Below are positions 11,152 through 22,655 of a stretch of DNA of 37,688 nucleotides, one piece after another. Position numbers and translations under genes: made by a program. Positions within the stretch are counted from its first letter, which is position 1; the number at the start of each line of letters is the position of its first letter. This DNA comes from Octopus bimaculoides (Eukaryota): NCBI RefSeq assembly GCF_001194135.2, contig NC_068992.1, positions 57,557,008-57,594,695 of the forward strand. Reading direction: 5' to 3'. The notes under the pieces are model-generated. The model had not been told where the DNA came from. It made no database searches and saw only the letters and a program-made list of their open reading frames with translations.

Positions 11152-12034
11152 CTGTGAAGAAAAAAAAAAACATATATATTTATATATATTTAAAAAAAAA
11201 AACAAGGGTCAGTTGACAAGAGCAAGAAAGAAGTTGTAACAGCTGCTGTAGGGGATCAAATAAGGAGGTTGCTGTAAGGTGGCACATTTGTTTCAGAATG
11301 ATGCTGGGATTGAAAGCATAGTGCAGCCCTGTCATAACATGCCCCAGACTAATCCCTGGATAATTTTTTTACTCCTCCTAATTTCTCTTGAACCCAGATT
11401 TAATGCGATTCCCGATTTTCCACGGTGATATTTGTGGATCTTAACAACTACTTTATAATGGGGCTGCACTGCATTTTTTTTTTTTTTTACATATAAATCT
11501 TGCAATGAATCGCTTACATAATGCAATGCAAAGCTACAAAGAATCTGGGATTTAGGATTGAAGGAACACAAGCAAAGAGTCTAAAGGAATGTAATTATGC
11601 TCTAGTGTTTATGATGCTTTCTGCTCAACATTTTCATGCTCCCCCCATCAAAATATGCCTACAATTTAGTCCCTATTACTGTACGCTTATTCAACCTTTG
11701 TGATGTTTCCCTTCACACTGAAAGCCCATTTAACTCATGAGCTAATATTTATTTCCTCTCACCACATGCTTGTTTACCTCTCAAACTCTGGCAGCATTTT
11801 CTCTATGCTAATCTCTCCAGTCCTGTTAGAAACTAAAGAATTTCACGAAAATGCAGTTGGTCCAGTATAGAAATAATATTTATAAAACTACTACATAAAT
11901 TTCAGTGAAACTTGGTGATAGGATGTAATAACTGTTGGTTGTATGTTATAAACTTTACTTGTCATGTCACTGTCACCAGCCCAGGTAGGTTGAATAGAGA
12001 TAATTTGACTAGAATTTGATAAAACATTTTCATA

Positions 12035-12201
12035 TAGGAGTGGCTGTGTGGTAAATAGCTTGCTTACCAACCACATGGTTCCGGGTTCAGTCCCACTACA
12101 TGGCACCTTGGGCAAGTGTCTTATACTATAGGCTTGGGCCGACCAAACCCTTGTGAGTGGATTTGGTAGACGGAAACTGAAAGAAGCCCGTCGTGTATAT
12201 G

Positions 12202-12234
<33 letters not shown>

Positions 12235-12454
12235 ATTTGTGTATCTATGTTTGTCCCCCCACCATCGCTTGACAACCGATTCAGGTGTGTCTATGTCCCC
12301 GTAACTTAGCGATTTGGCAAAAAGAGACCGATAGAATAAGTACTAGGCTTACAAAGAATAAGTCCTGGGGTCGAGAAAATCGACTAAAGGCGGTGCTCCA
12401 GCATGGCCGCAGTCAAATGACTGAAACAAGTAAAAGAGTAAAGAGTAAAAGAGT
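12035..12454 (+). mobile_element. full-length tRNA-derived CORE-like SINE (local family 1a)
   Basis: A-box tggctgtgtgg, B-box gggttcagtcc, CORE-like ccttgggcaagtg, internal (TG)n, tail ending in taaaagag repeats. Confidence 0.9.
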
Positions 12455-13079
12455 ATATATTTACAAGATATTGATTCTTGGGTTTCCTGTTTCATAACTG
12501 AATTTGTGCTCTTGTAGCCTCTCTAACCTGAAAGTTGAACATCTCTCGTTAGAGAAAAAGCACTGACATATACTTTCATCTTCTCCGTTGATTTAATGAA
12601 GGTGCTGTCCCTTGTAGATGTGCATATCCTGTGGTCTCATAGCTCATCCTCAGGACAATTCCATTACGGAAAAGTTGGAGACACTTAACAGGTTTTGTAG
12701 AGCCCACATCACTAATGAAAGTGTCAACACAAGGATCAACTATGTCCTCACTCCACTCCTAGTAACAATTGCTAAATCCCAATATCACTCAGGCTGCTGG
12801 AGTGTACAGATGACACTAAAATATGCGTATTTTCTCCTCCAAGACCAAGCATTCATTCTGTAATGAAATCATTAATATCACTGAATTCTAACTCCCTGAT
12901 TTGAACTTTACACGTCATGGTGCTTGAAAATCAAAGGAAGAAATCCACTGAATGAACAACAAATACACGCATACCTGATGCCAACAGGAAGTCTTTTCAC
13001 AGGGAAGTTCTTTTTAAAATGAGGCTAAATTTTGCTTCTAGTACAGAGGAGTTTTTTTAGTTCCTGTTATTTGGCCAAA

Positions 13080-13462
13080 GTGGAGGCGCAATGGCCCAGT
13101 GGTTAGGGCAGCGGACTCGCGGTCATAGGATCGCGGTTTCGATTCCCAGACCGGGTGTTGTGTTTATTGAGCGAAAACGCCTAAAACTCCACGAGGCTCC
13201 GGCAGGGGATGGTGGCGAACCCTGCTGTACTCTCCCACCACAACTTTCTCTCACTCTTTCTTCCTGTTTCTGTTGTGCCTGTAATTCAAAGGGTCAGCCT
13301 TGTCACACTGTGTCACGCTGAATATCCCTGAGAACTACGTTAAGGGTACACATGTCTGTGGAGTGCTCAGCCACTTGCACGTTAATTTCACGAGTAGGCT
13401 GTTCTGTTGATCGGATCGACTGGAACCCTTGACGTCGTAAGCAACGGAGTGCCAACAACAAC
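13080..13462 (+). mobile_element. full-length family 3 SINE
   Basis: A/B boxes, (CAA)n tail, exact 11-bp TSD atttggccaaa at 13069-13079 and 13463-13473. Confidence 0.92.
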
Positions 13463-14639
13463 ATTTGGCCAAAAAACAACACTCTTTGAATTTTGGTTAT
13501 GTGCAGTCCAAGACCCAATGACAGTTGTGATTACTAGTGGCACAGCAGTTTAAGAATTAACCCTTGAGAAAATGTACTCTTCTTATTGTGTACCTGTTTA
13601 ACTTTTGAGCTAGTGTTCTCCCTTTCTTTATGCCCATTTAACTCATGTGAATGCCCTCCACCACTGCTTCCCACTGTTTGCCTATTTAGCCCTAATGCTA
13701 ATATTCATTTCCCCTCAACACATACCTATATAACTCAATGTGTAAAAGCTTTATTTTCTATAACTGCAGGCATATCTAACCCTTGTTCTGGTGTTTATTC
13801 CCTGCTCTCTTAAAATTTTATTTTACTCTCATGCAGATGTTGCATTACCCCACTTCATTTTAGCCCTTAAACTAATGTTTATACCCCACATTGCACACCA
13901 ACTTCTAATATAATGTTGATCTAGCAAGTGGGACCTCATATCAGTGAGGGGAGGGGGGGCAATGCGCATTGATGCCATCAAGAGGTAGGTCCCGAAACGG
14001 CGCGCATTCTCTCCTGATGACCCCATACACTTGCTGGCTTCCAGTATGCGGAGCTCTCGACTGGTAGCACTTGCATGTGCAAGTTGTTTGCAAGACATGA
14101 AATATTACTGTCATCCTATTATGAATATTCAAAGCATGGAGTTATCTCCCCTACCCCTTTTGTTTAGATTTAAGCATTGATCCAATTGTTTACTTCCTTT
14201 TATTTCACACTGAGTTTGAAGTTTTCTTTCTTCCAATATTAACTTAACTAGAAGTTGTAATGCAAATGTTAAAGGTATTTGTACTTTGGTCAACACGTAA
14301 TATATGGTAATAATAACACTAGCATGTAAACCTGTACTTAAAATCTTGCCATTTATTCAAGCAAAAAGGAAACCTCGACAGAGACACTCAAAATTGTTAA
14401 AAATAGCAGCCATTTCTTCAAATCTTTAAAAACAGGGATCAGTTCTGACAATAGGGATCAATTTTGAATATCAGAATTAATAACAGCAAATATTTTATTT
14501 AGAATGGATATTTATTATGCTGTTACCATTCTTGTTTAACCTCATATAAGTTTGATCTAGCAGACACAGATAGGCTGGATTGGACTCCCAAACCTTCTTT
14601 GTTCCAAGAGATTCAACACTCATATATTCACTTATGGTA

Positions 14640-14850
14640 AGTTTTCTAGTCCAGCCCCTGGTCAGCTTTCACAAAGTGGTTGGACAATCAAAAGCATTCT
14701 AACCATGACCGTCCCACTCCTAGTTTGTCACCTATTGCATAACTACATTGTTCAATGTGTCCTCTCTTTTGTTAACTAGATCAAGTGTGGTTAAAAGAGG
14801 CATTTCGCTGCTATATCTAGCTGGTCAAACAACTATATAGAAGTTTCCAC
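14640..14850 (-). mobile_element. diverged (CAA)n-tailed interspersed repeat (local family 7)
   Basis: cccctggtcagc...gcattctaaccatgaccgtccca...cgctgctatatctagc; homologous to 17930, 19204, 20815 and 22212. Confidence 0.55.
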
Positions 14851-14889
14851 ATATCTGAGTACAAGAGAGGAGGCTATTTGAGAGGTGGG

Positions 14890-15360
14890 AGGAGGGTTAT
14901 TAACCAATGGTCTTCGGTTCAGTCTCACTGCATGGTACCATGGGCAAGTGCCTTTTACTATAAGCCCAAGATGACCAGAGCCTGGTAGACGGAAGCTGAA
15001 AAAAGCCTATTGCATATGTGTGTGTGTGTGTGTGTGTGTTTGTATGCATGTGTGTGTGTGTGTTTGTGTACATATACCCTTATCTTGACACTGAGTGACA
15101 GTTGTAAATGAGTGTCACTGACATACAAGCAGTGTCGTTCATTCCCATTATTCTGCGAGAATATGTCTTGGCATGGAGAAAATATTACCTTGCATGGAAA
15201 CAGGTGAGGGTGGGTGGCAGGAAAGGCATCAAACCATAGAAAACCTGCCTCACAAAATTCTGTCTGAACCCATGCAAATACAGGAAAGTGGACATTGTGA
15301 TGATGATGATGATGACGATGACAACAACAACGACGATTATGATGATGGTGATGATGACAA
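14890..15360 (+). mobile_element. family 1b SINE
   Basis: ggttcagtctcactgcatggtaccatgggcaagtg, (TG)n, and tail ...aacccatgcaaatacaggaaagtggac followed by (GAT)n. Confidence 0.75.
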
Positions 15361-15717
15361 TGTTGGTATGTATGAAATGGTTAAGGAGTTCAGTTCACAC
15401 TCACAAGAATTTTGGATTCACTCCCACAGCACAGAATCTTGGGCACATGTTCTTTGATAACAGACTTTGGCCCACCCAACCCTAGTAGGTGAAAGTATGC
15501 AGGTAGAAACTGTGCTGAAACCTGATACATCGATTGTATCCGTAATTCAAAAGTATAACCTAACCATATGCTGTGTAATGGTGATTTTGCTGGCCCAAAG
15601 ACTACTTTAAAGGCATGTTTGTCTCTGGAATACTCAGCCACTAAAACACAAATCCAATAATGACTAGGCAGTTTAGTCTATCAAACAACCAATTATTCAA
15701 ATATTGCGCGTGCGTGC

Positions 15718-15756
<39 letters not shown>

Positions 15757-15976
15757 CATACATACACACACATATATATCTGTATGTGTGTGTGTGCGTG
15801 TGTGTGTGCACGCGCACATGTGTGTATACACACCCCCCCACATGCATATATACATATAGATATGCATAATTTAAATAATAAGGGTGAAAAATTAAATATT
15901 AATTTGATTAATATCAATTTAAAACCAGTGGCCTAGCATATTGAAAAATGTGAAGATTCAGAAAAATTATTTTACG

Positions 15977-16136
15977 TACATATAAGAGGGATGACCGCTA
16001 AGTGGACATCCATTATGCTAGAAGAAGACCACCTATGGTCTGACCACTAACAAAAGATTTTCTTAGTGGTCAGACCATAGGTGGTATTCTTCAGGCATAA
16101 TGGATGTCCACTTAGTGGTCATCCCTCTTATATGTA
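15977..16136. mobile_element. fold-back (palindromic) element, probably a Tc1/mariner-type MITE
   Basis: 78-bp arms with 5 mismatches, spacer of 4 nt or less, TA at both ends. Confidence 0.75.
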
Positions 16137-16378
16137 TATAGATATGCATATATATTTTAGGAAGTTAAAAGTTATGGCAATCATAGCGTGACAATTGGTT
16201 TTTAAATGACTCATAAGTATAGACGATTCATTGGACTCAAATGTCTGACAAGTCGCCCATACTGCTAAGCACTTTATAGGTGCATAACCATTGCTTACTC
16301 TATGACCAGCCACAACTTTTAACTTCCAAAAATATATATTACTGATCCAGAGCTTTCGAGTGTGCTATCTGTGTATAT

Positions 16379-16697
16379 GTGGAGGCGCAATGGCCCAGTG
16401 GTTAGGGCAGCGGATTCGTGGTCGAAGGATCGCGGTTTCGATTCCCAGACCGGGCGTTGTGTGTGTTTATTGAGCGAAAACACCTAAAGCTCCACGAGGC
16501 TCCAGCAGGGGATGGTGGTGAACCCTGCTGTACTATTTCGTCCCAACTTTCTCTCACTCTTTCTTTCTGTTTCTTGAGTAATGCTGTGATGGACTGGTGT
16601 CCTGTCCAGCTGTGGGGGGAACACATACACCATAGAAACCGGGAAACCGGGCCCATGAGCCTGGCTAGGCTTTGAAAGGGTGACGTTTATCGTTATC
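16379..16697 (+). mobile_element. chimeric SINE: family 3 5' half joined to family 6 tail
   Basis: 16379-16575 aligns to 13080-13270; 16576-16690 aligns to the tail at about 30846-30948. Confidence 0.8.
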
Positions 16698-16831
16698 NNN
16701 NNNNNNNGCTTTGAAAGGGTGACGTTTATCGTTATCTGTGTATATATATATGTGTATGTGTGTGTGTGTGTGTGTGTGTATACATATATATACGTCTTCA
16801 TATATGGGTGAGTTGTGTTTATGCTTGTGAG

Positions 16832-16880
<49 letters not shown>

Positions 16881-17164
16881 TTGTATGTGTCTGTGTGTAG
16901 GTATATGTTTGTATATATACACACACACATACATCTTTACAAATATACACATATCATGTTAGTTATTCGGTAAGAAAGAAAGTATTAGAAAAAAGAACAA
17001 CAACAAAAGAATAACATCAAACATAGAGGTCGGTGGGGGAGCATCACAAACTGAGGTGTTGTCGAAAGGAAGATGTGCAAACAAAATGCAAGGTGCATAA
17101 ATGATGGTGCATCACATGTTCTCGGTGTGAAAGAACACAATGGAAGAATGAAAAGGAATACAGG

Positions 17165-17203
17165 AAACCAAACCAAACCAAACCAAACCAAACCAAACCA
17201 AAC
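17165..17203. repeat. (AAACC)n pentanucleotide microsatellite
   Basis: Read directly, about 7 units. Confidence 0.9.
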
Positions 17204-17318
17204 GAATATCACAGATCTACAGTCTCAACAGACACACAGACAGACCAAAAAAAAAAAAAAATCTGATTTTTCAATGCAATGGATGAAGAAAATAATCAGG
17301 GAATAAGAAGGAAATACA

Positions 17319-17353
<35 letters not shown>

Positions 17354-17473
17354 GCAGCATCCGATCTCAGTGAATTTTTAGAAATATTTCATTAAAAAAA
17401 ATACAACCATGCATAATATAAGAAATAATATAAATAACAATAATAATGATTATAATCATTATCAGTATTACCA

Positions 17474-17529
<56 letters not shown>

Positions 17530-17929
17530 GACGTATGGCAACATAGTTAATGTATTACATGGCACGGATCTCAATGACTCGTGGGCATGACAGTTAAATC
17601 AACTTGTATCTTTAAATGACTTAATTTTTTTTATTTTTTTGTTTTTTCTAAATCTTTGGATTAAAAGACTCTGAATTGTCCAAATCAAAACAATAACAAC
17701 AAACAAACAAAAAAAAAATAACTTAATGATAAATGATCCTAGAAAAAAATGCACAAAAAAATAAATAAAAACAAAACAGGTGAATGGTAAGATAAAAAAA
17801 AAATAATGAAACACAAAAAACACAAACAACAAATAATATATCTGAAATAATGTGATCTTAATAAATGAATTCTATATTTTACACATACAGACACACACAC
17901 ACACACACAGTTGTTCCTGCTGTCATATT

Positions 17930-18150
17930 TGTGCCTCAGGTCAGCTTGAATAAGCTGACCAGTGGTGATCAAAGGGATTTCAGTCATTACTCTTTCCACT
18001 CCACTCCCTTCTATTGCTATTATTCAGGTATAGTGCATCTAAAACCACATTATCCAATGTATCTGTCCTTTTTAAGATGGTAAAGTGTGACTTGAGAAAA
18101 GATGTGACTGCTATTTCTAACAAGTCAACCAGCCACACAGAAGCTCCGAC
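17930..18150 (-). mobile_element. family 7 repeat, diverged
   Basis: cctcaggtcagc...gtgatcaaaggg...cacattatccaatgt...gactgctatttctaacaagtc...gaagctcc. Confidence 0.6.
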
Positions 18151-19203
18151 ATTGGTTTATTGTCCAGCTACTTTAATCAGGCAAGTCAAACAATGACCCT
18201 TGCTTCATCAACGTCAGAACAGTTAAATATTTCACTGCTTTAGTAAAACTGAAACATCTCTGTCCAGAGTTATCGTTGCACTGCCAACATCAGACTAGAT
18301 TCACACCTCACTACATTGTCCATATTCTACTTTTAATTAGTTTTAATAAAAACTTGAGGAGTTATTTCCTCTGCTTTGTAAAATCAGAATTCTTCGTTAA
18401 TCCAATGATTACTTTTCCTCATTACAGCTGTAATTATGATTAATTAAAATATCTTGATTCACTACATTAACTATACTATTACTGACTATAACCGTTTGGT
18501 CTTTCTCACAGAGCATGTATCTCCGTATACATCCCCGAGTCCATATTATATGTGGTACCAACTAAAGTAACTAGTAAATAGGTGTATATTATATAAGGTA
18601 CCAAATAAATTTGGAAATGGGTGTGTATTGCATAAAATACCAACCAAAGTAGGCAGTAGGAATTTCTTAGTGCTTATATGCAGCACCAGCTAGAAGAATT
18701 CAATATTAATATAATCAACAAAAATCTTCAGTGGAATGTTAATGTTGGTTGTGTTCAATAAAAGCTGAATAAAAACCAAAACACAAGGAATGTAATGGTT
18801 GTCTGTGTTTGTAAAACATTATTTAGTAAAGTTTACAAATCTGGATGAGTATGTATAAGGTAGAATGACAAGGGTCCTTGTTTTGAGCAAAGTCCTTTGT
18901 CAGAGAGAATGAACAGGTATACCAGTAAAAAATGGGTATTATTTGAACCCCGCCTTCTCCGATTACTAAAATGGCAGTTTAAATGTTTCTTTTATATGTA
19001 GAAGCTGTCCCCATTGACTTATATCTCTATGGAAGACCTTATGAAAACCAATGCATTCTGAAAACCTGAAGTATGCTGTAAAAAAAACTGTTCTCCATTA
19101 TTATAGTATAATAGTCTCCCATAATTATCATAGCAGGCATATTCCTTGTGTGCAAAAAGGAACTATAGTAAAAAGGAAAAAATCTATATTTCATGTCAAC
19201 AAG

Positions 19204-19605
19204 GGAGCCTCTACATGGTCACTTGACATGCTAAAAACAATACCCAAATCTCTACAAAATCACACCCTGCCATCTTAAAAATGGAAGGAGTATATAGTTC
19301 TCAATATATATAATCATCATCTTCATCATTTAACATCCATGTTCCATTCAGTTTGACAGAATCTAGGAGGTTCAAAGACTGCTTTCTACTCCAGTGTCTC
19401 TACTTTGGCATGGTTTCTATAACTGGAAGCCCTTCCTAATGCCAACTACTTTACAACATGAACTGAGGCAAAAAAAGCACCTAGTATACACTGTAAATTA
19501 TAGGATATTAATGATAGACACAAAGATGGGATGATTATAGTTGGAATGCCTTTGATTGTGTCAACTCAATTAGGGTTGACCTAGAAGCAGTCTAAATAAT
19601 AACAA
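19204..19605 (+). mobile_element. family 7 repeat interrupted by a minus-strand family 4 fragment (about 19310-19470)
   Basis: gggagcctctacatggtcacttgac...caaatcacaccctgcc resumes after the insert as gatgggatgattatagttggaatgcctttgat...gggttgacctag. Confidence 0.6.
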
Positions 19606-20279
19606 ATATTAAACCTCAAATAAACTTTTGTATAAATATGTTGCCATTGAAAATAGAAAAACAAGTAGTTAAAAAGATATATAGTCTAGAGAAAATCACA
19701 AAAACAACAAACATACGAATTTAATAATAAACATTTTTTTAAAAAGTTAATACAAAAATATACTGTTTTAAAAAAAAAAATTCAAATTAATACATCATGC
19801 TAAAAAAACAATAAATTCTGACAAAATATTTTGCATTGGACAAAAAAATTAAAACAGCACGACATAGGTGTAATCATGTTCAGGCAAANNNNNNNNNNNN
19901 NNNNNNNNNNNNNNNNNNNNNNNNNNNNNNNNNNNNNNNNNNNNNNNNNNNNNNNNNNNNNNNNNNNNNNNNNNNNNNNNNNNTGGAACAATAAAAACAG
20001 TGTTTTACATAATCATGGCAGGGGTAGGGGAAATTTTGTGGGGTGGGAGGGATGATCCAGTGACTAACTTGGGGAGGGAGATAAAAAAAAAACCAATAAT
20101 CAAGGCTCTGTAGAGAGAACAGGGCAAAAGTACAGGGAGACAAGGGAGGCAGGAGAGAAAATGAGAAAGGGACAAAAATGTGAAGGTGTAGAAAATGTGT
20201 GTGTTACAGTAATAAATAACTCATGCAGGTACTAGTGTGGAATTATTGCTTGAAATCTTGGAATGCAAGTGACCGAAAC

Positions 20280-20605
20280 CGGGACAGTAATGATGATGAT
20301 GATGATGACGATGATGAGGATCATCATGACGACTATGATGATGGCAGCGATGGAGATGGTAATGGTGATGACAGTGATGATATAATGGCACTGACACCAC
20401 TGACGGTGATGATGATGAAGATTGATGACGATGATGATGATGATGGAGATGATGGTGACAATGAAGATGTAATGGCACTGATGCCAATGATGGTGGTTGT
20501 GGTGGTGGTGGTGATGATTGACGACGATCATGATGGTGATGGCTGTGACAATGATGACGTGATAGTGGTGATGACAATGATGGCTAAGATGATGGAAGTG
20601 ATGGA

Positions 20606-20640
<35 letters not shown>

Positions 20641-20641
20641 A
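20280..20641. repeat. imperfect (GAT/GGT/GAC)n low-complexity tract
   Basis: Read directly; ends in pure (GAT)n at about 20608-20641. Confidence 0.85.
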
Positions 20642-20763
20642 TGGAGAAAGAGAAAGGGGCACTCAGTATACATTATGGTGCAACTCTCGACATCATATAT
20701 TTCAACGTTCCCATCATGGGACAACATAAAAACAGACACACACACACAGACACACACACACAG

Positions 20764-20804
<41 letters not shown>

Positions 20805-20814
20805 GACAAATAGA

Positions 20815-21030
20815 CCCTTTAGGTGACTGCACACCATGTAAAAAATAGCAGCCAAATCTCTTTCAAAACATACATGCTATTATTTTAACAGGGGCACAAA
20901 AACTCTGGTTGATGTATTCTTGGATGTACCATGCCAATATGCCAGAATAAAAGGCAGGCAGAATTGGAACACCTGTGACCATACTTCTGTTCAATCAGGG
21001 TTGACATAAGCCTAAACGAAAACAACAACA
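20815..21030 (+). mobile_element. family 7 repeat, diverged
   Basis: aaatagcagccaaatctc...tcaatcagggttgacataagcctaaac followed by (CAA)n. Confidence 0.55.
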
Positions 21031-21351
21031 TGACCAATAAAAGACAAAATCAGAGACACTGGAATGAAACCCATTGGAAACACATACATACACATATACA
21101 AGAGCTTCCACAGTGATTCTATCCAAAATCCACTCGCAAGCTAGGGCTGAAGTTGAAGAGACTTGTCCCAGGTGCTGTGCAGTGGGACTGAACCTGAAAC
21201 CAATGTAGCTGCAAAACGAGCTGCTTAACCACAGAGCCACACTTTGCACTTTGTGTATGTGCAACATGTATAAGTGTAGGAGTAAAACATCAGAAACTAA
21301 ACTAATCAAAGTATGGCTTATGCATATTTGGTATGGCTTGTATAACATTCT

Positions 21352-21572
21352 TTGGCGAGCTGGCAGAGTCGTTAGCACGGCAGTATTTCGTCTGCCTTTG
21401 TTGTCTGAGTTCAAATTCCACCGAAGTCGACTTTGCCTTTCATCCTTTCGCGGTCGATTAAATAAGTACAAGTTACGCACTGGGGTTGATGTAATCAACT
21501 TAATCCCTTTGTCTGTCCTTGTTTGTGCCTTTTATGTTTAGCCCCTTGTGGGCAATAAAAAATAAATAAATA
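21352..21572 (+). mobile_element. Meta-like tRNA SINE
   Basis: gctggcagagtcgttagc, B-box gagttcaaattcc, gactttgcctttcatcctttcgcggtcgattaaataagtac, A-rich tail. Confidence 0.85.
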
Positions 21573-21693
21573 TCATCTATTTTTTTATATCAACTGACTC
21601 TAAGACTTGTATGTAGTTAGGTCTGGGGGAGAGGAGATGGTGATGCACCGGAGCATGAAGGAAAAATCCTAGGTAGAAGCTGTCGACTGGCAT

Positions 21694-22091
21694 CAACCAA
21701 GCAACCAACCATACAAGCAACAAATCAGCCAAGCAACCGAGCAACCAACTGTACAATGAACGAAGCAACTGAGCAATCAACTAGCTAATCAACCAACCAT
21801 ATGAGCAACCAATCAACGAAGCAGCTAACCAACTGAGCAACCAAGCAACCAACTGAGCAACCAGCCAGCCAACTGAGCAACCAACCAACCAAGCAATCAA
21901 CTAACTGAGCAACCAACTCATCAACCGATCGGTTGATGAACAACTGATCGACCAAGCAACCAACAGAACAACCAAGCAATGAACCAAACAGCCAACCACA
22001 TGAGCAGCCAAGCAACTGAGCAGCCAGCTGAACAATCAAACAGCCAAGCAATCAACCAACTGAGCAGTCAACCTATCAACCAACCAACTAA
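21694..22091. repeat. degenerate CAAC/CAAG/CTGAG minisatellite
   Basis: Recurrent caaccaactgagcaaccaag motifs over about 400 bp. Confidence 0.85.
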
Positions 22092-22211
22092 CACATTTGA
22101 CGATAGAGAAAACAAAGACAATATGGTGACAACCTACTTGTTCCAAGATATTATCATGGACAATGCTTAGGATACCTTGATGACGATGATGACAACAACA
22201 ACACTGATAAC

Positions 22212-22500
22212 AAGCCAATGATGGGACCTCTAGACAGTTGCTTGATCCTGCTAGAAATGGCAATCAAATTCCATCAAATCACATCCATGCTGTCTCTGAA
22301 GTGAGACACATTGGACAGTGCATGTCCTGGGTGCCCAGCACATACCATCAAAGACAGAGACATTCATGGTTGAAACGTCTTTGAGCACAGATCTGATCAA
22401 ACAAAGCTAATCTCAGACCAAACAACGACGACAATGACAACAACAACAACAACAACAGCAATAACAACAACAACAACAACAACGGTGGTAACAACTACAA
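22212..22500 (+). mobile_element. family 7 repeat with long (CAA)n tail
   Basis: gggacctctagacagttgcttgatcctgctagaaatggc...ctgatcaaacaaagctaatctcagaccaaac followed by (CAA)n. Confidence 0.6.
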
Positions 22501-22655
22501 TAACAGTGTACATTAACCCTGATGACGATAGTGACAACAACACCCACAACATCCGTTCGTTCTTCCAGCTTCATACATGCTCACCATAATGTAGCGAACA
22601 ACACAAGGAACTTAGTCAGAAATGACTTGAATTCTTTTTTTTTTAATTTTTTTTT

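Noticed and set aside
12035-12110. Functional tRNA genes at SINE heads
   Set aside because: A/B boxes are present but there is no complete cloverleaf, and each continues into a SINE body and tail.
12480-13070. Decayed LINE ORF2 interior on the minus strand
   Set aside because: Only vague similarity with many stops; no catalytic motif recognised.
16669-16736. 29-bp direct repeat
   Set aside because: Exact copies flank a 10-N gap: an unmerged contig overlap.
20018-20050. G-quadruplex
   Set aside because: Any four consecutive G-tracts need a 9-nt loop; isolated and unremarkable.
20069-20107. 39-nt exon candidate behind a strong acceptor
   Set aside because: Contains a T10 run and encodes FFF from it; more likely intronic pyrimidine-rich sequence.
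20221-20609. Asp-rich (+) and His-rich (-) ORFs
   Set aside because: Several frames stay open simply because (GAT)n lacks stops; no convincing splice sites or domain.
20985-21011. 27-nt minus-strand microexon (LMSTLIEQ)
   Set aside because: Lies within a family 7 repeat; the pyrimidine tract is just the reverse-complemented (CAA)n tail.
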